Assembly: GCA_902385255.1 (NCBI GenBank)
Contig: CABMEV010000004.1
Coordinates: 34,590 to 98,589 of the forward strand
Direction: 5' to 3'
DNA: 64,000 bases
Origin: Candidatus Tiddalikarchaeum anstoanum
Lineage (GTDB): Archaea > Nanobdellota > Nanobdellia > Tiddalikarchaeales > Tiddalikarchaeaceae
The notes beneath the pieces were generated by a model. The model was not told the origin of the DNA. It was given only the letters and a program-made list of their open reading frames with translations, and made no database searches. Below are positions 29,274 through 38,473 of the stretch, in pieces (the stretch's first letter is position 1; each line of letters opens with the position of its first letter). The position numbers were made by a program, and so were the translations under genes.

Positions 29274-29360
29274 TATATAGTCTATTATATCTATTGTTTT
29301 TAAGATTACCGGAAATGTTATGGTCAGCGTTATTAAAAAATGAAGCCTTAATATGCAGTT

Positions 29361-29570
29361 ATGAAACTTACAATGGCTGAGCGCAAACTGATGACTGAAC
29401 GGCTGAAGCAATTAAGAACGTATGCCGTAAGATGTTTAAAAAATAAAAAAATGGATGAATACCTTAATACTTTAAACTCGAGAGAGTTGAAATTATTAGA
29501 GGACACCCTTATAGTTCAAAATCCTTATTTCTTGTGTTCTTCGCAGGTTTTGCATGAATCACATGACTGA
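29361..29570 (+). CDS. Small hypothetical protein
   Basis: 69-aa ORF; 3' end overlaps the convergent gene. Confidence 0.35.
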   Translation: MKLTMAERKLMTERLKQLRTYAVRCLKNKKMDEYLNTLNSRELKLLEDTLIVQNPYFLCSSQVLHESHD

Positions 29571-29809
29571 CTGCAGTTTTCTTTATTGCCCATTTGTGAT
29601 TTTATCTGTTTTTCTAATTGCATTAATATGTCAACAAGCACTTGATAAACTATTACTGCATTCTCCTCTTTCTGGATGACTTCAACAACGGAGTTGAATA
29701 ATTTCTTGTATCTTTCTTCAAGAACTTTCATGTCAGGCTGTTTTGGTGCTTCTTCCTTCTTTGCTTCCTTTTTCTCTTCTTTTTTAACTTCTTTCTGCTC
29801 TTTTGCCAT
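29525..29809 (-). CDS. Small charged protein with C-terminal Cys cluster
   Basis: E/K-rich N-terminus; CSQSCDSCKTC tail. Confidence 0.65.
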   Translation of the reverse strand: MAKEQKEVKKEEKKEAKKEEAPKQPDMKVLEERYKKLFNSVVEVIQKEENAVIVYQVLVDILMQLEKQIKSQMGNKENCSQSCDSCKTCEEHKK

Positions 29810-29851
29810 AACTTCCCACTAACCTTTTTTTATTTTAAAAAGCTTTGTAAT

Positions 29852-30322
29852 TTAGGGATTGTTTTTCCTGAATTCTTTAAGTTTATTTATGAATTCGTTA
29901 TCCTTCTTTTTTTCTTCAGCCACTAAGTCCAAATAGCCGCTTTTAATCAGAGTCGTCTTGACTTCAGTAGCCGGCATATTTTTAGGGAAGTAGATTTCCA
30001 GTCTGAACTTGTACGTTTTTGGTGGAGGATTCCAATAAGAATACATCATGCACGGGTCGCGCTCAACATTGGTGTCTATGACTACGCATTGAGCAATGGT
30101 AGTGCCGTAATTTGTAGACTTTGTTGCTGCATCATCTTTTTTTTCAAACTCGCAATGCTTAATCAAATTATTAATTATTGATTCAAAACGAGAGTCACTC
30201 TTGCTGCAATAATCTTTGCCGTCTGCGAAGAAAAAAGAGCCTTTTTCATTATTTAAAAAAGAAAAACCAGTCTCCCTCAAAAACAGGATTAAATCCTTGA
30301 CTGTTAATTCATTAAAACTCAT
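29852..30322 (-). CDS. Hypothetical protein
   Basis: 156-aa ORF. Confidence 0.55.
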   Translation of the reverse strand: MSFNELTVKDLILFLRETGFSFLNNEKGSFFFADGKDYCSKSDSRFESIINNLIKHCEFEKKDDAATKSTNYGTTIAQCVVIDTNVERDPCMMYSYWNPPPKTYKFRLEIYFPKNMPATEVKTTLIKSGYLDLVAEEKKKDNEFINKLKEFRKNNP

Positions 30323-30370
30323 AAAAGTCTGGAAATCTTACTTAGTTTATTAAACTAACTAAAAAAAGTA

Positions 30371-30444
30371 TGGGATGGGGGGGATTTGAACCCCCGGCCT
30401 CACGGGCTTCAGCCGTGCGCTCTCCCAGGCTGGGCTACCGTCCC
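30371..30444 (-). tRNA. tRNA-Phe(GAA)
   Basis: GGGACGG-TA-GCCC-AGCCTGGGA-GAGC-G-CACGG-CTGAAGC-CCGTG-AGGCC-GGGGG-TTCAAAT-CCCCC-CCATCCC-A. Confidence 0.93.
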
Positions 30445-30514
30445 ATTAGGAATAATAAAAGAATAAGAATAATAGTGTATTATAAATCTTATCCCCTAAT
30501 AAAAAAATAATAAG

Positions 30515-30955
30515 TTATAGAGTTGTGAACTCATTCTTATTGCTGATTAATATGCTGAAGAATATATCCGCATCCAAATCGTTTAAGCCTGCGCGTTTTA
30601 AGTAAAACCTTGCCTGTTCAGTGCCAAGGAAGAATAACTGGGTTAAATCCTTTCCCGGAGTGTCAATATAATCGCGAGCAATCATCTTAGTGGCCTGAAG
30701 CTGTAAGTCAATAGGTATTCCGCTATCCCTGCATAAGTACTTAACAAGCCTGGCAAAATTAGCGCTCTTTCTTGAGATTCCTTTCTTCTTCTTTCCTTTT
30801 CCCCTTAAAACCAGGACAACAACAACTCCGATAACAATCATTAAGATAAAAAGCACAACTCCGACGATGATAACAGTCAAATCACCCTCGTTCTGAGAAA
30901 ATCCTGCACTGAAACTCAATAACAACAATAAATACAATAAAAACAACTTATCCAT
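30515..30955 (-). CDS. Membrane protein, hypothetical
   Basis: Signal-like N-terminus, TM helix, basic stop-transfer segment. Confidence 0.6.
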   Translation of the reverse strand: MDKLFLLYLLLLLSFSAGFSQNEGDLTVIIVGVVLFILMIVIGVVVVLVLRGKGKKKKGISRKSANFARLVKYLCRDSGIPIDLQLQATKMIARDYIDTPGKDLTQLFFLGTEQARFYLKRAGLNDLDADIFFSILISNKNEFTTL

Positions 30956-31016
30956 GGATAAAACAGAGTTTACAATCGAATAAAAATATTTACTTTTACT
31001 CCAAAAAATTGTTTCC

Positions 31017-32963
31017 TTACCTCATAGTGAACCATCCACGGTTAACCGTGCAGGAAATAACACCCTTATCCTCAAGATTTGCCAGTAAAGTGTTAAACTT
31101 GGCTCTTGACATCTTGCTTGGAAGCTTTGCGAATAAAATATTCGATTTCACAGCCTTCTTTTCGCTAAAAGCCTTAACCTTTGACAAAGCCTTCAAAATA
31201 ACCTCTTCATCACCGGTTAAATTATACTCTAAAGGTTCGCTTTTTATGAAAGAGCAGAACTTTCTATAAACAGCATCGTAATCATTGGATGAGACGAGTT
31301 TTGAAAACTCCTCATTCTGCTTCAATGAAGACTCAGGAGATAACAATGAAATATTACCCTTCTTTGCACCCCTAAGCACGGCCTCCTTAATCCTTATACG
31401 GAGATTAATATTATCCAATAATTTCTTAACCGAGACGCCCTTTGTGTAAGCTATCTTGTTAAGGAGTGGTGAAACGCCAAGTTTTGAAATATTATACTTA
31501 TTGGTTGAAGAGTCAAATATTACAAGGTCTGAAAATCCATTCTCGCCTGCAGGATTATTAATCCAATTCTTACCCACCTCAGTTATACGAACAAGCTTCC
31601 TGGTATTCTCCGTCTTATCGCCTAATTCAAGGTTTGAACAACTAACAACTATATCACAAGCCTTGAAACTGGTTGGAGGAACACCTAAGTCATTAACAAC
31701 CCTGTCGAACGTGTCAAAAGCAGTGTTCCCATGGATAGTTCCGAGCACGGAACTACCTGCGGCACCAACACGCATAGCCTCAAACAAAGTCTTTGCTTCA
31801 GTTCCCCTCACTTCCCCTATAATAAGCGCGCTATCACCAAGCCTTAATGCAGTCCTAAGAACAGTCTCAGGTGATAGTTCGAATGATTCACTCCCTTCGA
31901 AACTGACAGTCTTCAAATGTTCAAGATTAAAACCCAAGTTCCTAAGATGGTTGACAGGAAGTTCCGGAGTATCCTCTATGACAATCAGCCTCAAATTGTA
32001 AGGCAGTTCGAACATTAATGAACCAAGAAGGCTCGTCTTCCCGCTCCCCCTGGGGCCTGTTATTATAATAGAAACCCGGTTATCTATGAGGAACCAAAGT
32101 AGTCCTGCAACGCTGGCTGACAAGAACCCATCATACAGCATGCGGTTAAGAGTCAGGGGAATAGTGGTATGTTTTCTGATTGCGAAGCCGGTACCGTTGA
32201 ATGACAATGGCTGGCTCACACCACATATACGCGCATTCACAGTTCCGATGTTGCTGTGAATGACTGGGAACGCTTCATCAAAAGGCCTGCCGCTGTTAAT
32301 CCTGAGAAATGTGCCAATCTTATTCACCATTTCATTCTTAAGATAGACATTAGTTGCAAGATTGCCCTTACTGGAATGGTTGACAAAAAGACGGCTGTTG
32401 CCCGGACTGTTAATGAATATATCCTGAACGTTATCATCAGAGAGGAACTCTTCAACAATACCAAGACCGGAAGTATATCTTATGACAAGGGGAACTAAGA
32501 ATAACTTATCCTTCGGCAATAACTTCTCAATATTATCCTTTTCAATCTCTTCATTCTGAACCTTTTCAACAACAGAATTCAAGAGTTCCAAGTCCTCGTA
32601 ATTTAACATGTACTCCTTAGGATTAACGAGCATTAAAGGCGAACCTTCAATATCCTTGAAGGTGAAAGTTCCGGTACTTTCATTAGCAGCCTTGTTTGGA
32701 ACCAGGTAGAATTTTATGAAAGAAGGAACTGTAACAGGTTCGAACACGTGAAAATTATCATGCAATAACGAGGAGCTAAGGCCTTTCTCATAATAAACCT
32801 TTGAATACTTCTTAACTAGTTCCAATAAATCAAAGGATAGATTAAGGCTGTTTACGCACTCGATGCATTTTGGGTTCTCAAGAGAAGCTATCGAGACGCA
32901 GTTATTGCAGTTAATCTCTAACGCATTAAATCCTATAAAACCCCTAAGATTAAACTCAACCAT
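31017..32963 (-). CDS. Type IV pilus/type II secretion ATPase (TadA/CpaF/ArlI family)
   Basis: DIFIN, FAIRK, GPRGSGKT, IEDTPE, ALRL...IGEVRG.EA, GTIHG. Confidence 0.93.
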   Translation of the reverse strand: MVEFNLRGFIGFNALEINCNNCVSIASLENPKCIECVNSLNLSFDLLELVKKYSKVYYEKGLSSSLLHDNFHVFEPVTVPSFIKFYLVPNKAANESTGTFTFKDIEGSPLMLVNPKEYMLNYEDLELLNSVVEKVQNEEIEKDNIEKLLPKDKLFLVPLVIRYTSGLGIVEEFLSDDNVQDIFINSPGNSRLFVNHSSKGNLATNVYLKNEMVNKIGTFLRINSGRPFDEAFPVIHSNIGTVNARICGVSQPLSFNGTGFAIRKHTTIPLTLNRMLYDGFLSASVAGLLWFLIDNRVSIIITGPRGSGKTSLLGSLMFELPYNLRLIVIEDTPELPVNHLRNLGFNLEHLKTVSFEGSESFELSPETVLRTALRLGDSALIIGEVRGTEAKTLFEAMRVGAAGSSVLGTIHGNTAFDTFDRVVNDLGVPPTSFKACDIVVSCSNLELGDKTENTRKLVRITEVGKNWINNPAGENGFSDLVIFDSSTNKYNISKLGVSPLLNKIAYTKGVSVKKLLDNINLRIRIKEAVLRGAKKGNISLLSPESSLKQNEEFSKLVSSNDYDAVYRKFCSFIKSEPLEYNLTGDEEVILKALSKVKAFSEKKAVKSNILFAKLPSKMSRAKFNTLLANLEDKGVISCTVNRGWFTMR

Positions 32964-33017
32964 GATTATTTGAAAACATTATAACTTATAAAAACATTAA
33001 CTACCACTAATAAGTAG

Positions 33018-33638
33018 ATGAAAAAAGCGCAGTTCGTAAGCCCTATAATAATTCTTGCAATAATAATTGTATCAACATACATCATATTAAACCAGCGAAT
33101 AATAAACGAAGCGGCAACCGATACGATAATAGGTATTAACCCGATAATAAACAACCTTGAAAATATTACAGTGCAGGACTTAAATTTTCAAAACAATATT
33201 ACGAAAAGAATAATACAATTAGCGAGTACGACAAACAGTTCCGAAACAATCACATCAATCATAAGACAAGAGTATGGAAGTAGCTTAACATTCAGCAATG
33301 AAATAATAATTAATTATGCACGAACGTATTATATCGGGAACAATAGTAAGTTAATTAATAATACAATAATAGTTCCGTACCCGTATAACCAATTCCTAAG
33401 GGAGGAATCAAGATTATTAAACAGTTTGGCAGCGTTTGGAACATGCATCGGAACTGACTGCACTAACTTCAACACTTGTGTTAACAACTATGACTCGCTG
33501 CCGACAGACTGGGTTCCGGTCTCATGCGAGATAGGTCCGCCAATAATGGTGAGAATAGAACTAATAAACCAGGAATACCCATTAACATACAACTACACAT
33601 ACCACACGTTCAATAATAACCCAATAAAGATAGGTTAG
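33018..33638 (+). CDS. Pilin-like protein with class III signal peptide
   Basis: MKKAQ followed by a hydrophobic stretch; divergent from secretion ATPase. Confidence 0.7.
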   Translation: MKKAQFVSPIIILAIIIVSTYIILNQRIINEAATDTIIGINPIINNLENITVQDLNFQNNITKRIIQLASTTNSSETITSIIRQEYGSSLTFSNEIIINYARTYYIGNNSKLINNTIIVPYPYNQFLREESRLLNSLAAFGTCIGTDCTNFNTCVNNYDSLPTDWVPVSCEIGPPIMVRIELINQEYPLTYNYTYHTFNNNPIKIG

Positions 33639-33650
33639 AGTTCCGGAACT
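33639..33650. promoter_or_regulatory. Perfect palindrome AGTTCCGGAACT upstream of HTH gene
   Basis: 12-bp palindrome; near-identical copy at 34015-34025 and perfect copy at 60704-60715. Confidence 0.6.
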
Positions 33651-33718
33651 AAACGCTAAAAATACCCCTATTTTGAGGAAAATTTTAAAAGATAACAGGA
33701 ATAATTAGAATATATAAT

Positions 33719-34366
33719 ATGGGTTTCTTAAAAAAGATATTAGGAATAGAGAACTTGGAAAAGAAAACAGAAGACGAGTTAGACCAGGTTAAGAAGAACA
33801 TGAAAACAAGCTGGAGCTGGGTTAATTACCTGCACGAGTTAGAACAGGATAACAGGTCCAGGATAAAGAAGCTCGAAGATGAAAATTCTGAACTAAAAGA
33901 ATTATTCAAAGCAGAGATTGAACGACTTTCAAACATCCAAGTCTCACAAAATACCGGCATTAAAGTGCAGGAAAAACACATCAAACTGAATGAAGACAAG
34001 GAGAAAAGCAAAACAGTTCCGGAACAAGAAGAGGAAGATGAAGATGACGAGAAAGAGGAACTATTAGACAAGAAAGGCCTCCCCCTCAAGGAATTGGATA
34101 TACAGGGGATTGGGAAGAAAGAAGCTTATCTCCTTCAAATATTATACCAGATGGCGTGCTTTGACGGTTCCTCAAGCCTCGAGACTGGCAAGATATTTGA
34201 ACACTTGCCTTATCAGATAACAGTTAGAGGGCTTAGGAAGAAACTATACAAACTGCAGCAGCAGGGCATAATTAAATCAGTAATGTATGGGAACACAAGG
34301 AAATGGTACCTTGATATGGAGAAACTTGCAAAACTCAAGCAGTTCCTCACTGAAAGGGCAGTATAA
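33719..34366 (+). CDS. Coiled-coil + C-terminal winged-HTH DNA-binding protein
   Basis: N-terminal MGFLKKILG, heptad region, acidic linker, then KEAYLLQILY...TVRGLRKKLYKLQQQGIIKSVMYGNTRKWY. Confidence 0.75.
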   Translation: MGFLKKILGIENLEKKTEDELDQVKKNMKTSWSWVNYLHELEQDNRSRIKKLEDENSELKELFKAEIERLSNIQVSQNTGIKVQEKHIKLNEDKEKSKTVPEQEEEDEDDEKEELLDKKGLPLKELDIQGIGKKEAYLLQILYQMACFDGSSSLETGKIFEHLPYQITVRGLRKKLYKLQQQGIIKSVMYGNTRKWYLDMEKLAKLKQFLTERAV

Positions 34367-34374
34367 CAAGGATG

Positions 34375-34432
34375 GGAACAGAAGGGAACCATGGTTTCCT
34401 ATGGGAACTTCGGAACGGAACAAGACCGGAAC
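34375..34432 (+). repeat. Cluster of six direct GGAAC half-sites
   Basis: GGAAC at 34375, 34385, 34404, 34412, 34417 and 34428, just after the HTH gene stop. Confidence 0.75.
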
Positions 34433-34445
34433 TAATCTTTAAGGC

Positions 34446-34871
34446 TTATTTTAACACTTTATCTAAATGTTCTATTGTTGATTTCTTAAATCCGGAACTT
34501 TGAAACAATCTCAATACATCGCCCTTCGAAAACGACTTAGTGAGCAGCTTGGCCAAGCGCAAGTTGCTCTTGTTAACATAATCATCCCTGAAAGGAATAA
34601 CTTCCTGAATCCTTTTGAATAATAGAAAAAGCACACTCCTTGTTGTAATAATCGAGATGAAAGCAAGGAAGAAGTACAGAAATAACTGGACAAACAAGTT
34701 ATTATTAACAACTATATTCAAAAGGATGACATTCATTATCACGATGAACATCACTAATTCCAATATGACTTCAAAAATAGTCCTGTTTGTTCCAAAAACC
34801 AAGGAGCATAAAGCCTCGCCGAGAAAGACGCCAAGAATCAACACCAAGCTTGAAACAATTTCAACAATCAT
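34446..34871 (-). CDS. Membrane protein, hypothetical
   Basis: Three TM helices; ATGA-coupled to dtdA. Confidence 0.65.
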   Translation of the reverse strand: MIVEIVSSLVLILGVFLGEALCSLVFGTNRTIFEVILELVMFIVIMNVILLNIVVNNNLFVQLFLYFFLAFISIITTRSVLFLLFKRIQEVIPFRDDYVNKSNLRLAKLLTKSFSKGDVLRLFQSSGFKKSTIEHLDKVLK

Positions 34872-35638
34872 TTTATCCTGTCAACCTTAATACCTACTTC
34901 ACCTGACCAGGATATAATCTTATCCCTCATATCTTTCTTTGAGCCCTTCCAGTCAATTAATACCAGCTTAGGTCTTGGAACTGTCTTATTAATCATTTCA
35001 TTAAAGATTTCCCTGGTAAGGTAGGTGAAAGCGTATTCGGGGCAGATATGGCCAATTGCTAAACTATTATCACTCACTAATTTGCGTGTGAAATTCGGGG
35101 CATAATGAGGCCCTCCAAAACCAATGCATACTATTTTTTCCTCAGCCATTATCTTTTCATAATCATTTACCATGTTGAGAACTAAGGACGCCACATGGGA
35201 ACAGGTACTATTATCATTCCATTGTTCCTCGGAACTTCCAACTTCCACAAATAAACTTGGAGTGTTAATACTTGGGCCGTGATGAGTCACTTCAAGAGTT
35301 ATCTCAAAACCCATACTATTGTCATTATTTAACTTGCAGAGGCGTCTAAGGCACTCAGACTGGATTTTAGCATTTGAAACACTCAGAGTTCCCATAGTTC
35401 CGCCGAACTTGGCAGGTCCGAAATTGCCAGGAGTATGGCAGGACAAGGATTTCACGCCTTTCTCGCTCTGATGCTTTGAGAGGAACAAATCAAGTTCCGC
35501 ATCACTGAACTGTTCCGCATAGTCAAGATTGGAATCGCATGAGATTATCCTAAAACGCGTTTTATCCGCATATTTCTCAATATATTTTCGCATATTAACA
35601 CTTGCAGCGTCAGAAGTTGAACTTACAAGGTTAATCAT
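34868..35638 (-). CDS. dtdA: D-aminoacyl-tRNA deacylase (archaeal DTD2)
   Basis: FLSKH, HTPGN, EVTHHGP, FVEVGS, GFGGPHYAP. Confidence 0.93.
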   Translation of the reverse strand: MINLVSSTSDAASVNMRKYIEKYADKTRFRIISCDSNLDYAEQFSDAELDLFLSKHQSEKGVKSLSCHTPGNFGPAKFGGTMGTLSVSNAKIQSECLRRLCKLNNDNSMGFEITLEVTHHGPSINTPSLFVEVGSSEEQWNDNSTCSHVASLVLNMVNDYEKIMAEEKIVCIGFGGPHYAPNFTRKLVSDNSLAIGHICPEYAFTYLTREIFNEMINKTVPRPKLVLIDWKGSKKDMRDKIISWSGEVGIKVDRIK

Positions 35639-35701
35639 AGAATAGTTTTTAAATAGGTGTTTAATAAAACTTTCTTAGATAAGCAAAAGGAGGTTTTTGC
35701 A

Positions 35702-36163
35702 TTGCCAGTAATTGCTAATAATATCGGTGAAGTACGAATAAAAATTGACACAAAAGAGTCTGGAAAACTAACAGGCGTTCGAAACAATATGTTAATCAAG
35801 AACGTCGAAGAGAAAAAATTAGGCGACAAGAAAGGATTAATCCTCACAGTTGATTTATTAACCACTTACGTTAAAGAGGATGACAAACCGCTCTCACAAT
35901 TCTTAGTTGAGGAAGAAATGCTATACGCAGGAGAGGAAAAGGAAGTTAAGGAGATACTGGATGAGTGGACTAAGGACAAGAAGATACCTAAAAAGTTCGA
36001 AGACTCACTTATACAAGGATTAAACACTATCTGCATGTATGATATGCAGTTCTTCACTAACAGGATGAGATTCCCGCCATGCACAGGCTATAGCGTATCA
36101 ATAAACGCAGGCGAGGAAGAGAAAAAGAAAGACGAGAAGAAAGAAGACAAGAAAAAGAAATAA
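35702..36163 (+). CDS. Hypothetical protein, possible SecB-like fold
   Basis: SD AGGAGG then TTG 35702; beta-strand pattern followed by helices and a FPP motif. Confidence 0.55.
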   Translation: MPVIANNIGEVRIKIDTKESGKLTGVRNNMLIKNVEEKKLGDKKGLILTVDLLTTYVKEDDKPLSQFLVEEEMLYAGEEKEVKEILDEWTKDKKIPKKFEDSLIQGLNTICMYDMQFFTNRMRFPPCTGYSVSINAGEEEKKKDEKKEDKKKK

Positions 36164-36194
36164 AAAGCTGAATTCTAGCCTTTAATTTTTAATT

Positions 36195-37085
36195 TTATTG
36201 CATTTCATTATTTTCTTCATTGTATAACTGGTCACGCTTAGCTTCTAACTGGTGTATTGGAACGCCTGCGTACTCGGCTCCGGTAAGGAACCTTTTACCC
36301 TTCTTTTTGGCCAAAGCAATGAACTGGCTGTAGAACTTCATGTAATCCTTATCCCTCAATATATAGTGGTCATAGATAATATCTTTCACCTTACACTTTT
36401 GAATAATCTGAATCAGGTTAGCCTTGACCAATTCAAGATGAGCTTCCATTATGTCATAACCCACCATGTGAGTAGGAGGCCCGCACATTATCAAAACATC
36501 CGGATTCTCACTTATGATATAATCCGCATTCTCCTTTAAAATAGGCCCCATGACGTCCCCGGCGAATAATAGCTTGGTCTTCCCTGATGTTATTGTTGCC
36601 ATGATTAAGTATCCGAAGCTGCTTCTCTCAACACCATGCCATAATGGCTCGCTGAATTTAATCTTGACATCGTCAAACTCGAAGCTGTTCCCGTCTATGA
36701 AGTGAAACTCCTTGCAGACGCGCTTAACGCTCATCTCAAACTCTTTTCCTTCGCTCCTCTGGTTGAAATTGAGCTTGGTCTTCCTGTTCTTGCATAATAT
36801 GATCTTGTCAGTATACACATCTTCGAATATCTCATCATTGCTTGGTATGTAATGGTCCAGGTGGTAATGAGTGATTATGATTATATCACTCCTTTTTGCA
36901 AAGTCAAGTATCTTATTCTTGAAAACGTTGAAAGTGTTTAATTCTATATTAGTCGGAGGAAGGCCCAATCTCCTGGTTGCCAGGGCGATACCAGGGTCTA
37001 TCAGAATATTATGCTTGTCTGTCTGCACAAAGGTGCACATGCTACGAACACCCATACTGTCAAAAGCAACCGGAATAATCTCCAC
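36195..37085 (-). CDS. Metallo-beta-lactamase-fold hydrolase (UPF0282-like)
   Basis: FDSMGVRSMCT, IDPG, THYHLDH, PLWHG, GDVMGP, DHYILRD. Confidence 0.88.
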   Translation of the reverse strand: MEIIPVAFDSMGVRSMCTFVQTDKHNILIDPGIALATRRLGLPPTNIELNTFNVFKNKILDFAKRSDIIIITHYHLDHYIPSNDEIFEDVYTDKIILCKNRKTKLNFNQRSEGKEFEMSVKRVCKEFHFIDGNSFEFDDVKIKFSEPLWHGVERSSFGYLIMATITSGKTKLLFAGDVMGPILKENADYIISENPDVLIMCGPPTHMVGYDIMEAHLELVKANLIQIIQKCKVKDIIYDHYILRDKDYMKFYSQFIALAKKKGKRFLTGAEYAGVPIHQLEAKRDQLYNEENNEMQ

Positions 37086-37158
37086 GCATAATTTACATAA
37101 AGAGATTTTATTAATCTTATCCTAAAAAAGAGTTGAAAGTGTTGGGATTTTAAGCCAA

Positions 37159-38267
37159 CTCACTTTTGAAAAAAAACATTCATTTTTCTGGCTGAAACAC
37201 CATACCCCTCTCCTTCATCTTCACATTTTGAAAATGTGTTGGATGTGTTGGAGTAATTTTAGTCTTCGCCACCACATTTTGGGTAAAAACTCACTATTTT
37301 TTCGAAACCCTCACTTTTGAAAAAAAAGCCTGCTATAATAGTAGTTTTTCCTATAATCACTCACTTTGTTTAATATATGGGTAATATCCATCGGATTAGT
37401 CATACTATTTATCACAAGATCTGCATTACTCACTTTTATGCTTTTGAACACGTCTTCTATGGTTCCCTCACTTTTAGAAAAAAGCTGCCTATTATGTATG
37501 CCTAAAACCGAATAAAACATGTCTGTAATGGTAAAAAGCAGGAATCCAGCCCTAAGAGGCCACATTGAGCCGAATCTGTCGAAATTACTCTTACTTTTGA
37601 TTGTTTCATTATGCCCAAGGTAGTATTTCCATAAAGTATTATCCCCATCGCACACTACAATATCATAACACTCACTTTTGATAAAATTGGCCAATTCTTT
37701 CAAATTTCGGAGAGTAAAATCAGCACTTTTGTGAGTATTCCCGTATCTATTGACTAGAATCTTATCCACCCTCACTTTTGAATTATGGTGCTTGTTTTCG
37801 AGCGCTTTTTCAAGGTTATAGGCTAGTTTTAAGTCAAGAAAGTCATCACCTATAACACCTATGCGAACAGGCCCAGAATTTGATTTTAACGCATATTGGA
37901 AGGATTTAAACAATCCTCCATATTGGTAGAATAGTTCTATTAATGCAGCTGGGTTTGGCTTTAAACCGTGTCTAATCCAGTGATAAGCGCTCACAATGCC
38001 TATATTTATGCTGTTTGCCTGTAATTCCCTCTCACTTTGAACCTGGGGAGCTGATAAGATCATTAATTATCTGGTAAAAGTATTATAGATTTAAATCTTA
38101 CCTTAAACCCTCACTTTTGGGAAAACAGGCTGTTTTTATGCCTTTTTAGCCCTATTTTAGCCTTTTTTATCACTTTTTACTATTTTAGGATCTTGCAGGA
38201 CTTATATTCACTCAAGTTATAGATTGCCAATTGATATATAGTGATAATCTATCTATCACTCACTTTG
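37159..38267 (+). repeat. Iteron-like array of 10 co-oriented CTCACTTT(TG) repeats
   Basis: Exact CTCACTTT at 37159, 37310, 37360, 37429, 37467, 37671, 37771, 38031, 38110 and 38259, plus variants; inverted copy at 40145-40152. Confidence 0.85.
37311..38063 (-). CDS. Hypothetical protein with HAD motif-I-like sequence, overlapping the repeat array
   Basis: 250-aa ORF; IVVCDGDNTLW resembles DxDxT. Confidence 0.5.
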   Translation of the reverse strand: MILSAPQVQSERELQANSINIGIVSAYHWIRHGLKPNPAALIELFYQYGGLFKSFQYALKSNSGPVRIGVIGDDFLDLKLAYNLEKALENKHHNSKVRVDKILVNRYGNTHKSADFTLRNLKELANFIKSECYDIVVCDGDNTLWKYYLGHNETIKSKSNFDRFGSMWPLRAGFLLFTITDMFYSVLGIHNRQLFSKSEGTIEDVFKSIKVSNADLVINSMTNPMDITHILNKVSDYRKNYYYSRLFFQK

Positions 38268-38393
38268 GGATAAATAAGCTATTTTTAGCTGCTTTTATGT
38301 ATTTTTTTGATTCTTCAATCAATATTTTAGGTTAATTTTTATCCTATCTACCTATATATCGAGTTAATCTAGAAAAAATTATAAATATTTGAC

Positions 38394-38462
38394 GTGTTGA
38401 CTAATGTGTTTAATATGTTGTCGAAAGTGTTGGATGTGTTGGACTTGTTGTTGAATGTGTTG
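38394..38462 (+). repeat. Phased (G)TGTT(G) direct-repeat array
   Basis: TGTT at 38395, 38407, 38416, 38428, 38437, 38446 and 38458; GTGTTGGATGTGTTGGA also at 37236. Confidence 0.75.
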
Positions 38463-38473
38463 TGGTGGTTCTA

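Noticed and set aside
31456-32001. Long antisense ORFs (e.g. 31456-32001, 14076-14489, 38494-38907, 466-840)
   Set aside because: Shadows of well-supported genes on the opposite strand, with no motifs
37159-38267. CRISPR array interpretation of the CTCACTTT repeats
   Set aside because: Repeats are only 8-15 bp, irregularly spaced (38-260 bp), lie within an ORF, and no cas genes are present
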